Source of the DNA: Aulosira sp. ZfuVER01
Lineage (GTDB): Bacteria > Cyanobacteriota > Cyanobacteriia > Cyanobacteriales > Nostocaceae
DNA: 64,000 bases
Assembly (NCBI GenBank): GCA_034530615.2
Contig: JAVRCV020000006.1
Coordinates: 64,001 to 128,000, forward strand
Direction of reading: 5' to 3'
The notes under the pieces are model-generated. The model was not told where the DNA came from, did not search any database, and worked only from the letters and a program-made list of their open reading frames with translations. Positions 1-10,326 of the stretch are shown here, in pieces. Each line of letters starts with the position of its first letter. Position 1 is the stretch's first letter. Position numbers and translations under genes: made by a program.

Positions 1-90
1 ATTGCTCACAATATTCCCAGTTTTTGCAATTTGCGATCGCAGTTTCTTATGCTATATTAAGCGTAGTCGTTATGAGTTTGTATAACTGTT

Positions 91-1464
91 ATGACCAACC
101 CGACAGTAGAAAACTTGGTAATCATCGGTTCTGGGCCAGCAGGATACACAGCGGCCATCTATGCAGGGCGAGCTAACTTGAAGCCTGTTGTATTTGAAGG
201 CTTCCAAGCGGGAGGTTTGCCTGGTGGGCAACTAATGACCACGACGGAAGTAGAAAACTTTCCAGGGTTTCCTCAAGGCATTACTGGGCCGGAATTGATG
301 GATAGGATGAAGGCACAAGCAGAGCGCTGGGGGGCTGAGTTATATACAGAAGATGTGATATCAGTTGATTTGAGCCAGCGTCCTTTTACTATTCGCTCAG
401 AAGAAAGAGAAGTTAAAGCCAACAGTATTATTATTGCTACTGGTGCGACAGCCAAGCGTTTGGGTTTACCCAGCGAGCATGAATTTTGGAGTCGTGGGAT
501 TTCTGCTTGTGCAATTTGCGATGGTGCAACACCAATTTTCCACGGTGCGGAACTGGCTGTAATTGGTGCTGGGGACTCGGCTGCGGAAGAGTCAATTTAC
601 TTAACTAAGTACGGTTCTAAAGTGAATTTGCTGGTGCGCTCTGATAAAATGCGAGCTTCTAAAGCCATGCAAGACAGGGTTTTGAGCAATCCCAAAATCC
701 AGGTACATTGGAACACCGAAGCCGTGGATATCTTTGGTAACGGCCACATGGATGGAGTGAAAATTCGTAATACCAAAACTGGCGAAGAAAGCGAACTTCA
801 CGCCAAGGGCTTATTCTACGCCATTGGTCATACTCCTAATACCTCTCTATTTAAGGGACAACTAGAATTGGATGAGGTGGGTTACGTTGCTACCAAACAC
901 GGTTCTGTAGAAACCAGTGTAGAAGGAGTTTTTGCGGCTGGTGATGTGCAGGATCATGAGTTTCGTCAGGCAATTACGGCTGCGGGTACTGGCTGTATGG
1001 CGGCGATGTTGGCAGAACGCTGGTTATCTTCTAGTGGTTTGATTCAAGAATTCCATCAACAGCCAGAAACATCAGTTAATGAATTAGAACATCAGCCAGC
1101 AGCGAAAAAAACCGAAGCTGAGCAAGAAGCAGAATTTAATTTGAATGCTACGCGCCATGAGGGTGGTTATGCTTTGCGGAAACTCTTCCATGAGAGCGAT
1201 CGCCTACTTTTGGTAAAATATGTTTCTCCTGGCTGTGGCCCTTGTCATACCCTCAAGCCAATACTAAATAAAGTAGTCGATGAATTTGAGGGCAAAATTC
1301 ACTTTGTAGAAATTGACATCGACCAAGACAGAGATATTGCCGAAAATGCTGGTGTGACAGGAACGCCGACAATTCAATTGTTCAAAGATAAGGAACTTTT
1401 GAAGGAAGTTAAAGGCGTGAAGCAAAAGAGCGAGTATCGACAGTTGATTGAAAGTAGTCTGTGA
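91..1464 (+). CDS. trxB: NADPH-dependent thioredoxin reductase with fused C-terminal thioredoxin (NTRC)
   Basis: FAD motif [14 protein letters not shown] active site, NADPH motif GAGDSA, C-terminal thioredoxin domain with CGPC. Confidence 0.95.
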   Translation: MTNPTVENLVIIGSGPAGYTAAIYAGRANLKPVVFEGFQAGGLPGGQLMTTTEVENFPGFPQGITGPELMDRMKAQAERWGAELYTEDVISVDLSQRPFTIRSEEREVKANSIIIATGATAKRLGLPSEHEFWSRGISACAICDGATPIFHGAELAVIGAGDSAAEESIYLTKYGSKVNLLVRSDKMRASKAMQDRVLSNPKIQVHWNTEAVDIFGNGHMDGVKIRNTKTGEESELHAKGLFYAIGHTPNTSLFKGQLELDEVGYVATKHGSVETSVEGVFAAGDVQDHEFRQAITAAGTGCMAAMLAERWLSSSGLIQEFHQQPETSVNELEHQPAAKKTEAEQEAEFNLNATRHEGGYALRKLFHESDRLLLVKYVSPGCGPCHTLKPILNKVVDEFEGKIHFVEIDIDQDRDIAENAGVTGTPTIQLFKDKELLKEVKGVKQKSEYRQLIESSL

Positions 1465-1623
1465 GAGACTGGGGGTTAGGGGGACAAGGGGGACAGGGAG
1501 GACAAGGAAGATAAGGGGGATATAAATAACAATTATTGCCTTTTGCTTTTTGACCATTGACTCTTTACTGTTGACCCTTGACCCTTGACTAATATAAAAG
1601 TAGCAGCCAGTCAGGTAGGTATT

Positions 1624-2208
1624 ATGTTTTCATCACCTATTTTGTTGCGAATTCCACCTTCAATGAACATGACAGACGAGCAGTTTTTTGAATTCTGTCA
1701 GGTTAATCGTGACTTACGCATTGAAAGGAACAGATTTGGAGAGATATCAGTTATGCCGCCTACTGGCTCAGAAACAGGCAATCGTAACTTTAATCTTGCT
1801 GTCCAGCTAGGAGTTTGGGCAGAACAAGATGGAACAGGTATTTGTTTTGACTCTAGTAGTGGGTTTAAGCTCTCAACAGGTGCGGAGCGATCGCCTGATG
1901 TTTCTTGGATAAAATTGCAAAGGTGGAATGCGCTATCTCAAGAACAACAGCAAAGTTTTGCACCCATCTGTCCAGATTTTGTATTAGAACTAATGTCGCC
2001 TTCTGATACTCTCAAATCTTTGCAAGAAAAAATGGCAGAATACATGAGAGAACCAGGTGTACAGTTAGGTTGGCTAATTGACCGTAAAGAGCGTAAAGTT
2101 TATATTTATCGTCCTGGTACGCCAGAAGTATGTCTGGAAAATCCCGCCACTATCAGCGCCGATCCAATTATGCCTGGATTTGTGCTCAATATGAGTAAAG
2201 TTTGGTAA
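1624..2208 (+). CDS. Uma2 family (PD-(D/E)xK-like) endonuclease
   Basis: Typical motifs MPPTGSETG, FDSSSGF, RSPDVSW, CPDFVLEL, LGWLID; ATG at 1624 preferred over the ORF start at 1585. Confidence 0.9.
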   Translation: MFSSPILLRIPPSMNMTDEQFFEFCQVNRDLRIERNRFGEISVMPPTGSETGNRNFNLAVQLGVWAEQDGTGICFDSSSGFKLSTGAERSPDVSWIKLQRWNALSQEQQQSFAPICPDFVLELMSPSDTLKSLQEKMAEYMREPGVQLGWLIDRKERKVYIYRPGTPEVCLENPATISADPIMPGFVLNMSKVW

Positions 2209-2340
2209 TCAGCGCGTGATTGAGAATATTGGAGTCACCACTATATTAATTATGTAATGCGATCGCACTTAACAAAATCCATTAATATTGCCACCGCTAT
2301 AAGCCAAAATTTTTATAGATAAGAACTTAGGTACAGGTAA

Positions 2341-3315
2341 ATGGATATCAAAAACGGCTTCATCGGCACCGTTGGCAATACACCTCTAATTCGCTTGAAC
2401 AGCTTTAGTGAAGAAACGGGGTGTGAAATTCTCGGCAAAGCAGAATTTCTTAATCCCGGTGGTTCCGTCAAAGACCGCGCTGCACTTTATATTATTGAAG
2501 ATGCAGAAAAAAAGGGCTTACTCAAACCCGGTGGTACAGTAGTTGAAGGCACAGCTGGTAATACTGGCATTGGTTTAGCCCATATTTGTAATGCCAAAGG
2601 CTACAAATGCCTAATTATCATTCCTGATACTCAGTCCCAAGAAAAAATAGACGCACTCACAACACTAGGCGCAGAAGTTCGTCCTGTTCCGGCTGTACCT
2701 TATAAAGACCCCAATAACTACGTCAAGTTATCTGGCAGAATCGCTGCTGAATTAGATAATGCTATTTGGGCGAATCAATTTGATAATTTAGCTAATCGCC
2801 ATGCTCATTACGAAACTACAGGGCCAGAAATCTGGACGCAAACAGATGGTAAAGTCGATGGTTGGGTAGCTGCAACTGGAACTGGCGGTACATTTGCTGG
2901 TGTAGCACTCTACTTGAAAGAAAAGAATCCAGCAATTAAATGTGTTGTTGCTGACCCCCTAGGTAGTGGACTTTACAGCTACATCAAAACTGGTGAAATC
3001 AAGATGGAAGGCAATTCCATCACCGAAGGTATTGGTAATAGTCGCATCACAGCGAATATGGAAGGCGCACCAGCTGATGATGCTATCCAGATAGATGATA
3101 AGGAAGCTTTGCGAGTAGTTTACCAACTGCTGAGAAAAGATGGATTGTTAATGGGTGGTTCTACAGGTATTAATGTTGGAGCAGCCGTTGCCTTAGCAAA
3201 GCAGTTAGGCCCAGGACATACTATTGTTACAATTTTGTGTGATAGTGGTTCCCGGTATCAATCGCGGATATTTAACCACGAATGGTTAGCTTCTAAAGGA
3301 CTTTCAGTAGATTAG
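2341..3315 (+). CDS. cysK: cysteine synthase (O-acetylserine sulfhydrylase)
   Basis: PLP-lysine motif NPGGSVKDR, plus TAGNTG and GTGGT. Confidence 0.92.
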   Translation: MDIKNGFIGTVGNTPLIRLNSFSEETGCEILGKAEFLNPGGSVKDRAALYIIEDAEKKGLLKPGGTVVEGTAGNTGIGLAHICNAKGYKCLIIIPDTQSQEKIDALTTLGAEVRPVPAVPYKDPNNYVKLSGRIAAELDNAIWANQFDNLANRHAHYETTGPEIWTQTDGKVDGWVAATGTGGTFAGVALYLKEKNPAIKCVVADPLGSGLYSYIKTGEIKMEGNSITEGIGNSRITANMEGAPADDAIQIDDKEALRVVYQLLRKDGLLMGGSTGINVGAAVALAKQLGPGHTIVTILCDSGSRYQSRIFNHEWLASKGLSVD

Positions 3316-3446
3316 TCAATTGTCATTGGGTATGGGGCATTGGGCATTGGGCATGGGGTATTGAGTATTTGATTATTTCTCCGCCTCCCCGCGTCCCCCC
3401 GTCTCTTTTCTTTTATCCTCTTCCTCTTCTCTGCGGTTTGTAAAAA

Positions 3447-3779
3447 ATGTCAAATACTGCTCAACCATCACACTCGCCAAGTACAGATCCAGCTTCTTTA
3501 CCAAGATGCGTGCGGGTATGTCAAAACCGCAGTTGTAAAAAACAAGGTGCAGCAGATGTCTTAGCAGCTTTTGCCGCTTTGCCTGTTCCTGATGTGATGG
3601 TTACAGCGAGTAGCTGTTTGGGACAATGTGGTAGCGGGCCGATGGTATTGGTATTACCAGAGATGGTCTGGTATAGCGGAGTTCAACCAAGTGAAGTACC
3701 TCTATTGGTAGAACAACACTTATTAGGTGCGCAAAGAGTCAAGCAGATGCTTTATTATCGGTTTCATCCCCAGGGATAA
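3447..3779 (+). CDS. thioredoxin-like (2Fe-2S) ferredoxin
   Basis: Cys pattern VCQNRSC ... CLGQCGSGPMV; ends with EQHLLG. Confidence 0.85.
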   Translation: MSNTAQPSHSPSTDPASLPRCVRVCQNRSCKKQGAADVLAAFAALPVPDVMVTASSCLGQCGSGPMVLVLPEMVWYSGVQPSEVPLLVEQHLLGAQRVKQMLYYRFHPQG

Positions 3780-3835
3780 AGCTGTTTCAAAATATATAAA
3801 CTCTGCACTCTTTGTTGACTGAAGTGAGGCATCCG

Positions 3836-4762
3836 ATGAATATTCAGCAGCTACGTCAATCATTAAAAATGAAGTGGCTGAGTTACTACGAGCAAAATCG
3901 CCCTTGGTTAGTAAAAATGCGAATCTGGGGTACTTATGATGGTCTGCGCAGGCCTTCATCTGGTTTTATTTTGGCTACTCTGTCGGTTTTAGAACCGCAG
4001 TTCGATCAAATACTTTCTTTTCTGATCGAATTAAATAATAATCCTGACCAAATAGTTACAGCATTGGGTCTTAATTTCAATCCTGACAAAGAGTTAGGTT
4101 CATTTACCAGAGAGCATTTTATAGCTCATAATCATGTTTATAACGCACCTCCAGAAGAGATTCATGATGAACAAGAACCTGTATTATTAGATACTTTTCA
4201 TCCAGAAGTAAATTCTGAATCTCCTACTAAGATCCTACATTTTGAAAAGCCTGCTACGGAACTGGTGCTGCCAAAAATACCGATACCATCGGTTACAGTA
4301 ACTCATGCAGTAGTCCGCGATCGCCAATCTGAATCATCAGTTGCAGTAGCTACTCAGGTTAATCGTGATTGTTCAACCACGATGTTACTGGACGAGAAGC
4401 CATCTGACGAAATGATACTTCAAGACCAACCTGGGCGATCGCTAACAATCCCTACTGAAGTTCCGAACAAAAGCACAATAGTAACTTCGCAAATAAACGC
4501 TGAAATTCCTCATCAAACCCAAACTCTGCTACCCTCAGCAACGGCTACGGCGCTTTCTTCCACCGACACAAATTTGAAATCGCTTGCTGTCACTATAAAG
4601 GTTCCCAGCAATAGTCAACCAATGAAGATGAAATCGCCTGATAGCCCTCATAAGGTCAAGCTTTCACGTAAAACTAATGCTCGTAGTCTAGCTTCTTGGG
4701 TCGATGAGTTTTGTCAAGGCGCTGATTGGGACCCAGCGGAATCTATTTTTATCCACTTTTGA
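3836..4762 (+). CDS. DUF5331-like cyanobacterial protein with a long low-complexity linker
   Basis: Conserved-looking N-terminus (LKMKWLSYY...RRPSSGFILATL...LGLNFNPD), S/T/P-rich middle, C-terminal SWVDEFCQG. Confidence 0.7.
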   Translation: MNIQQLRQSLKMKWLSYYEQNRPWLVKMRIWGTYDGLRRPSSGFILATLSVLEPQFDQILSFLIELNNNPDQIVTALGLNFNPDKELGSFTREHFIAHNHVYNAPPEEIHDEQEPVLLDTFHPEVNSESPTKILHFEKPATELVLPKIPIPSVTVTHAVVRDRQSESSVAVATQVNRDCSTTMLLDEKPSDEMILQDQPGRSLTIPTEVPNKSTIVTSQINAEIPHQTQTLLPSATATALSSTDTNLKSLAVTIKVPSNSQPMKMKSPDSPHKVKLSRKTNARSLASWVDEFCQGADWDPAESIFIHF

Positions 4763-4817
4763 AGCAATTTAAAGTAGTTATACCAGTTTGAAAATAAGAA
4801 TACGACAAATATATGAG

Positions 4818-4845
4818 GTAGGGGCGCAAAGCTTTGCACCCCTAC
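4818..4845. repeat. GTAG-type REP-like palindrome
   Basis: gtaggggcgcaaagctttgcacccctac; related palindromes at 9501-9525, 14467-14501 (minus strand) and 39997-40028. Confidence 0.65.
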
Positions 4846-4930
4846 AGATGATTGATGTGTAGTACAGAAAGCCGCAGGGTATTAGCCTAGCTGATAGCAA
4901 CTGCGGCTTGCTGCTTTTTAATGACTGGCT

Positions 4931-5173
4931 TTACATCTTACCGTGCTGCAATACTTGTTGAAGATGGCGGCGAATTTCTTGGGCTTGCTCCATATCAGAC
5001 TGCCGCAATTTTTGGAATAACTCTACACAGGGCTGGGAGTTAGCTTCCTGTGCGTCTTTGATGTAAGTGTCGTAAGCCTTAACTGCTTCAGCTTTGTTAT
5101 GCAACACAGTCACAAAATCGTACTCCAGGTTGCTAATCGCTTGTTGAGTTTGTCCGTTACCTGTAGTAACCAT
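4931..5173 (-). CDS. small helical, ferritin-like hypothetical protein
   Basis: 80 aa; ISNLEYDFVTVLHNK...YDTYIKDA...ELFQKL pattern. Confidence 0.7.
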   Translation of the reverse strand: MVTTGNGQTQQAISNLEYDFVTVLHNKAEAVKAYDTYIKDAQEANSQPCVELFQKLRQSDMEQAQEIRRHLQQVLQHGKM

Positions 5174-5410
5174 AAATTCATCCTCATTTAGGTTTCTAAT
5201 TAATTTCTACTCACCGTAAACGAGGTCTTCATCTTCCCAAAAGCGTAGAAAAAATTACCAAGGCTAGATTGAAGGGATGAGGGAGATGAGGGAGATGAGG
5301 GAGACAAGGAGGACAAGGGGGACAATGAAGAAATAACTAATGACTCTTAGCTCTTGCCTATTGCCTTTTACCAAATAACAAATGCCTAATGACAACTGAC
5401 GAATGACAAC

Positions 5411-5959
5411 TTATGAGAGAGGTTGATTTTCATCACAGCGGCGTGAATATTGGAATTCTAACTGGTTTTGCTTGTCTCTATTTCCTGAATAAGCAATTGG
5501 GCAAAACTTAGTATTAGCACTAATGCAATCCATGTGTGGTGTTTTGGCACATACTATCAGTAGCCCACCCAGAATGAATAATAAGCCACACATTGCTGCT
5601 GTCTGTAGAGAAGAAATTTCTAACGCACCATGAACAACTATTTCTCTGAGGACGGATACAATTGTGACTTCTACCGCTACTCCAACAGAAATACTATGCT
5701 CTTGCAGGTAAACCATGAGCAACCGAAATAGCTCTACCAAAATCAAGACAAATAGTATTTTTGCTGTGACTACTTTGTAGTCTAAAGGCTTTGTAATGGC
5801 AATAAATATGCCCCACAATTGAAGCAACATGACAGCAAATAAACCTAAACATAAGACAATTACAATTAGGTCTTGGAATGCCTCCATGTTGCGAACGATC
5901 GCATGACGATCGAACCAGCGATCGCAAAATAAAAACCGACTTTTGATGCGCTTTTGCAT
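5411..5959 (-). CDS. phosphate-starvation-inducible PsiE family membrane protein
   Basis: Four hydrophobic helices; ILFVLILVELFRLL and VSVLREI motifs. Confidence 0.8.
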   Translation of the reverse strand: MQKRIKSRFLFCDRWFDRHAIVRNMEAFQDLIVIVLCLGLFAVMLLQLWGIFIAITKPLDYKVVTAKILFVLILVELFRLLMVYLQEHSISVGVAVEVTIVSVLREIVVHGALEISSLQTAAMCGLLFILGGLLIVCAKTPHMDCISANTKFCPIAYSGNRDKQNQLEFQYSRRCDENQPLS

Positions 5960-6052
5960 GTACAATACCGTTCAGCGATTGGGATAGGTTCAGACCACAC
6001 CAGCGAGTCCACCCAATAACCCTATTGTTGCGCACTGTTAAGGGTTCGCGCC

Positions 6053-7072
6053 TCAGCGAGGTTGGTAATTTAAATTTTGTGCTTGTTGCAACAATTGCTC
6101 GGCATTTCTCGCCCATTGAGGATTACCCTGAGTTTTATATAAGTCTCTGGCATATTGAAATACTTGCGCCGCTTCTGCATACTTTTTTAATTGCATAAAA
6201 ACTAACCCTGCACCGTAATAAGCATTGGCATAGTTAGAGTTGGATGCGGCTGATTTTCGGAAGGATTCTAAGGCTTCTGTTAATTTACCTTTTTGAAACC
6301 AAATTGAACCAAGGTTGTAATGAACTTCGGGATATTTGGGATTAATTTGTAGCGCTTTACTAAAGGCATCTTTTGCTTGATCTATTTTGCCTTGTAATAG
6401 ATAAATTCTTCCTAAATGGTAAGCAGGCTCAGGTGCATTTGGGCTATATTGCATTGCTTTTTTTAAAGATGCGATCGCTTTATCCCAATCTCGTTGCTGT
6501 TCTCTGAGCAATCCTAAGTTATAGTGAGCAAAACCGAGTTTAGAATCTAGTTCTAATGCTCGTTGCAAGTAATCATTTGCTAACTGTAAATTATTACCTT
6601 CTAATAATGAGCCGCCTAAATTCGCAAAAGCGGGAGCAAAATTAGGATCGGCCTGCGTTGCTTGATAAAATGCATCTGCCGCAGGTTGTAATTCTCCAGC
6701 TTGTCTCAATGCTAGCCCTAAATTATAGTGGGCGGCTGCCAATCTTGGATCTAGTTGTGTAGCTTTTCTAAATAAAGCGATCGCATTTTGAACTCTACCC
6801 GCTTGAATTGCTTGTAAGCCTTGATTTAATAAGTCTATGGCAGGTTGAGCAGCAGTTTGTGCCAGTAAGTCTGGTGGAGAGACAGAAAGACTGGGAGAAG
6901 GGTAAATTAGGCTTTCACCAAGCAGAATCAAACTTATCAGTACAGCATAGCGGAAATAATTGTTTCGTTGCAAAATCTTCTGAATTAGGCTGAATTTACT
7001 TCTGCCCTCTGCCTCTTGCCTCCTGCCTTCTTGTACCTTCTTAGCTATATGATATTGATTGAATAATTCCAT
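6053..7072 (-). CDS. TPR repeat protein, probably exported or membrane-anchored
   Basis: About 7 TPR units (AHYNLG...A...) after a hydrophobic segment; true start uncertain. Confidence 0.85.
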   Translation of the reverse strand: MELFNQYHIAKKVQEGRRQEAEGRSKFSLIQKILQRNNYFRYAVLISLILLGESLIYPSPSLSVSPPDLLAQTAAQPAIDLLNQGLQAIQAGRVQNAIALFRKATQLDPRLAAAHYNLGLALRQAGELQPAADAFYQATQADPNFAPAFANLGGSLLEGNNLQLANDYLQRALELDSKLGFAHYNLGLLREQQRDWDKAIASLKKAMQYSPNAPEPAYHLGRIYLLQGKIDQAKDAFSKALQINPKYPEVHYNLGSIWFQKGKLTEALESFRKSAASNSNYANAYYGAGLVFMQLKKYAEAAQVFQYARDLYKTQGNPQWARNAEQLLQQAQNLNYQPR

Positions 7073-7351
7073 TGCTTTTTGTGACTGGCAACGCTTTCAG
7101 TTAATTTTTCTTCACAAACTGTTTTGAGAAATAGAGTCTTTTAACAAAAATTAAAAATTCTGTATTAAAGTTTGAGTTTATTAACTTTTATTTAACTAAA
7201 TCTTACAACAAACTACGATTTTTCATAACATCGATTAAAGGGAGGATAATAACAGGTTAAAGAGGAGATGATTCTCCTTCAGAGAACCATTTTCTATCCT
7301 TGCATACACAGGATAATGCGGTTAGTGGTGACTTACCGCAAGGGAGGTTTT

Positions 7352-9406
7352 ATGAACGAAAAAGTAAAATCGGGTTCGCGGAACGTTGCAATTGTCGGTC
7401 CTTATTTGAGTGGAAAAACAACTTTACTAGAAAGTTTGTTGTTTGTTACAGGGGCGATTTCCAGGAAAGGCAATGTGAAGGATGGTAACACAGTGGGAGA
7501 TAGTGCGAATGAATCGCGCGATCGCCACATGAGTGTAGAAGTAAGCGCGGCTAGCACTGAGTATAACGACTTGCGCTTTAACTTTATTGACTGTCCCGGC
7601 AGTGTAGAATTTGCCCAAGAAACATACAGCGCCCTCATGGGAGTCGATGCGGCAATTGTAGTTTGCGAACCCATCCGCGATCGCGTCCTCACCCTTGCTC
7701 CTCTGTTTAAATTCCTAGACGATTGGGAAATTCCCCACATCGTCTTTGTTAATAAAATGGACAGGGCAAATATTCATGTTCTCGAAACATTGCACGCCCT
7801 CAAAGCTGTTTCCAGCCGTCCCCTAGTAGCCCATCAATATCCCATCATGCAGGGGGAACAGCTAACAGGCTTTATTGATATGGTCACAGAACAAGCATAT
7901 CAATATCATGCAGGCGCACCAGCTGACCTGATTCCTTTCCCCGAAAATTTAAAAGAAGAAGAACATATTGCGCGGGCAGAAATGCTCGAAGCTTTAGCAA
8001 ATTTTGATGACCACTTATTGGAAGAACTTTTAGAAGATATCGAACCACCCCAAGAAGAAATCCTCAAGGATTTAAAAATGGAATTAGGGGCAGATTTGGT
8101 AGTGCCCGTTTTCTTTGGTGTGGCCGAACAAGATTATGGTGTCAGACCTTTATTAGAAGCTTTGGTACGCGAAGCACCAGAACCCGAAAGCACAGCAGAA
8201 CGTCGTTTAAGCAAAGCAGGCAATACCCCAATTGCTCAGGTATTGAAGACTTACTATACTCCTCAAGGTGGCAAACTCTCCCTAGTCCGTGTTTGGCAAG
8301 GTAAATTAACCGATGGTATTGTCCTCAATGGCATTCGTGCAGGTGGTATTTATCGCCTGATGGGGCAACAACAGCAATCAGTTAATGAAGTTTTAGCTGG
8401 TGAAATTGTCGCTATCAGCCGTTTAGAAGGCGTGAAAACCGGAGATATCCTCTCTACCGATTCCCCGTTGAAACAAGAATTACCCAAAGCTGAACAGTTG
8501 GAACCTGTTTACGCTCTCGCCATCACTCCCGAAAAGCGCAACGATGAAGTAAAACTTAGCAGTGCGATTACCAAACTGTTGGAAGAAGATCCTTCTTTGG
8601 CTTGGGAACAACATGGTGACACCCACGAAGTGATTCTTTGGGGACAAGGCGAAATTCATCTGCAAGTCGCTTTAGATAGACTGCGGCGGAAATATAATCT
8701 GCCGATGACAACCCACCTACCACAAGTTCCTTACAAAGAAACCATCCGTAAACCTGTAGCAGCAGTTCATGGGCGCTATAAGCACCAAAGCGGTGGACAC
8801 GGGCAATTTGGTGATGTTTTCCTCGATATCCAGCCCCTACCCCGTGGCGAAGGCTTCAACTTCCGGGAAACTATAGTTGGCGGCGTAGTTCCCAGACAGT
8901 ATATTCCTGGCGTAGAAATGGGCGTGCGGGAATTTCTGGCACACGGGCCTTTGGGCTTCCCAATTGTGGATGTGTCTGTAACCTTAACCAATGGTTCTTA
9001 CCATACTGTTGATAGTTCCGAACAAGCCTTTAAACAAGCCGCCCGGTTGGCAATGCAAACGGGGATACCCCAAGCCCAACCTACCCTCCTAGAACCGATT
9101 CTCAAAGTACAAGTAACCACACCTAGCGAATTTACCTCGAAAGCGCTGCAACTTCTCAGTGGTAGAAGAGGGCAAATTTTGGGCTATGAAGGCAGAAATG
9201 ATTGGCAAGGCTGGGATAATATTTCAGCTTATTTGCCCCAAGCCGAGATGCAAGACTTTATTGTAGAGCTGCGATCGCTCACTCTCGGTGTTGGTTCCTT
9301 CCACTGGGAATATGACCATCTGCAAGAAGTACCGGAAAAACTCGCTGAACGTGTGATTGCTGGCAATGGCAATGGCCATAGTAATGGCAACGGTAACAGC
9401 AAGTAA
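7352..9406 (+). CDS. fusA: elongation factor G-like protein (EF-G2 paralogue)
   Basis: G1 GPYLSGKT (degenerate), G3 DCPG, G4 NKMD, GQGEIHL, domain IV KHQSGGHGQFG and GSYHTVDSSE; SD GGAGG before ATG 7352. Confidence 0.9.
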   Translation: MNEKVKSGSRNVAIVGPYLSGKTTLLESLLFVTGAISRKGNVKDGNTVGDSANESRDRHMSVEVSAASTEYNDLRFNFIDCPGSVEFAQETYSALMGVDAAIVVCEPIRDRVLTLAPLFKFLDDWEIPHIVFVNKMDRANIHVLETLHALKAVSSRPLVAHQYPIMQGEQLTGFIDMVTEQAYQYHAGAPADLIPFPENLKEEEHIARAEMLEALANFDDHLLEELLEDIEPPQEEILKDLKMELGADLVVPVFFGVAEQDYGVRPLLEALVREAPEPESTAERRLSKAGNTPIAQVLKTYYTPQGGKLSLVRVWQGKLTDGIVLNGIRAGGIYRLMGQQQQSVNEVLAGEIVAISRLEGVKTGDILSTDSPLKQELPKAEQLEPVYALAITPEKRNDEVKLSSAITKLLEEDPSLAWEQHGDTHEVILWGQGEIHLQVALDRLRRKYNLPMTTHLPQVPYKETIRKPVAAVHGRYKHQSGGHGQFGDVFLDIQPLPRGEGFNFRETIVGGVVPRQYIPGVEMGVREFLAHGPLGFPIVDVSVTLTNGSYHTVDSSEQAFKQAARLAMQTGIPQAQPTLLEPILKVQVTTPSEFTSKALQLLSGRRGQILGYEGRNDWQGWDNISAYLPQAEMQDFIVELRSLTLGVGSFHWEYDHLQEVPEKLAERVIAGNGNGHSNGNGNSK

Positions 9407-9438
9407 TCTTGTTGGCATTTTGAATTAAAGTAAAATCA

Positions 9439-9470
9439 ACGCCCTGCGCTTAATTGTGCAGGGCGATTTG
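9439..9470 (+). terminator. hairpin, probable intrinsic terminator after EF-G-like gene
   Basis: cgccctgc ... gcagggcg stem followed by a T-rich tract. Confidence 0.55.
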
Positions 9471-9500
9471 TTTAATAGATTATGTTAATTCAATTTAATT

Positions 9501-9525
9501 GTAGGGTGGGCATTGCCCACCCTAT
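9501..9525. repeat. GTAG-type REP-like palindrome
   Basis: gtagggtgggcattgcccaccctat. Confidence 0.65.
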
Positions 9526-9539
9526 GCAGGTTTTGTAAT

Positions 9540-9881
9540 TCAACTACTAGGACGGACAACGCGAATCAACTTACCTATTAATGATTCTTCTTGATTAATT
9601 GTTTCATTAATTCGAGTTGCCATTCGATATCTATCAGTATCATTTGTACAAACAATAATACCCAAATGTTCGGGTGAGCTTCTATGCAGTTTGATAAAAT
9701 CTTGACGATTTAGTGTGATGACAGTTCGATTATCGCTGATTGCAAAGGCTAAAACTTCCTCATCAGGAATACCTAAATTTGCGTTACCAGCTTCCTGTAC
9801 TGTTAAAACATCATGTCCCATTGTTCGTAACAATTCACTCACTTGCTTTGGGAACATTTCATCAGCGTATAAACGCGCCAT
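9540..9881 (-). CDS. DUF5615 family PIN-like toxin
   Basis: LYADEMFP...GHDV...DEEVL...VITLNRQDF pattern. Confidence 0.85.
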   Translation of the reverse strand: MARLYADEMFPKQVSELLRTMGHDVLTVQEAGNANLGIPDEEVLAFAISDNRTVITLNRQDFIKLHRSSPEHLGIIVCTNDTDRYRMATRINETINQEESLIGKLIRVVRPSS

Positions 9882-9884
9882 GAT

Positions 9885-10211
9885 TTAAGCAGCCTCATTA
9901 GCACGGATAGCAGCTTCAATTTCTTGAGGATAAGCATCTGCATATATCCAAGCATTAACTAAATCTGCCGCGCTAATATGAGGATAATCTTGCAAAAGTT
10001 GGACTTCAGTAATTCCCAAACGACGTGCTTCAACTAATAGCCAAACTGCAATACGAGTTCCAGCGATACAAGCTTCTCCGCCACAAACACCTGGTGTTTT
10101 AGTAATACCTTTTGCCCCAATGTTGATGCTTTGGGTTAGGCTTTGGATAATTGCCGCTTTTTCTGTTGGAGGTAGTGCTAGGATTTGATTTTCGAGTTCT
10201 TGGAGAGTCAT
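9885..10211 (-). CDS. DUF433 family antitoxin
   Basis: TPGVCGGEACIAGTRIAV...LLQDYP signature; 3 bp upstream of the DUF5615 gene. Confidence 0.9.
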   Translation of the reverse strand: MTLQELENQILALPPTEKAAIIQSLTQSINIGAKGITKTPGVCGGEACIAGTRIAVWLLVEARRLGITEVQLLQDYPHISAADLVNAWIYADAYPQEIEAAIRANEAA

Positions 10212-10326
10212 ACACTAACTAGCGCAATTTGTATTGTATTTATATTGTAGCGGTAGAATTTTATTGCTTCTGTGTCAGATGTAAAGATGGGGAAAGAGCG
10301 ATCGCTTTTAATTTGAGTTACTACTA

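Noticed and set aside
6990..7072. N-terminal QEGRRQEAEGR segment of the TPR protein as a functional motif
   Set aside because: It is translated STRR-type (CTGCCTY)n DNA, and the true start is uncertain.
7180..7210. Pho-box-like 11-bp-period TTAAC repeats upstream of the EF-G-like gene
   Set aside because: Only two good units in very AT-rich DNA; not distinguishable from chance.
9360..9403. GNGNGHSNGNGN tail of the EF-G-like protein as another amyloid motif
   Set aside because: It is a short low-complexity microsatellite-like tail with no partner motif nearby.
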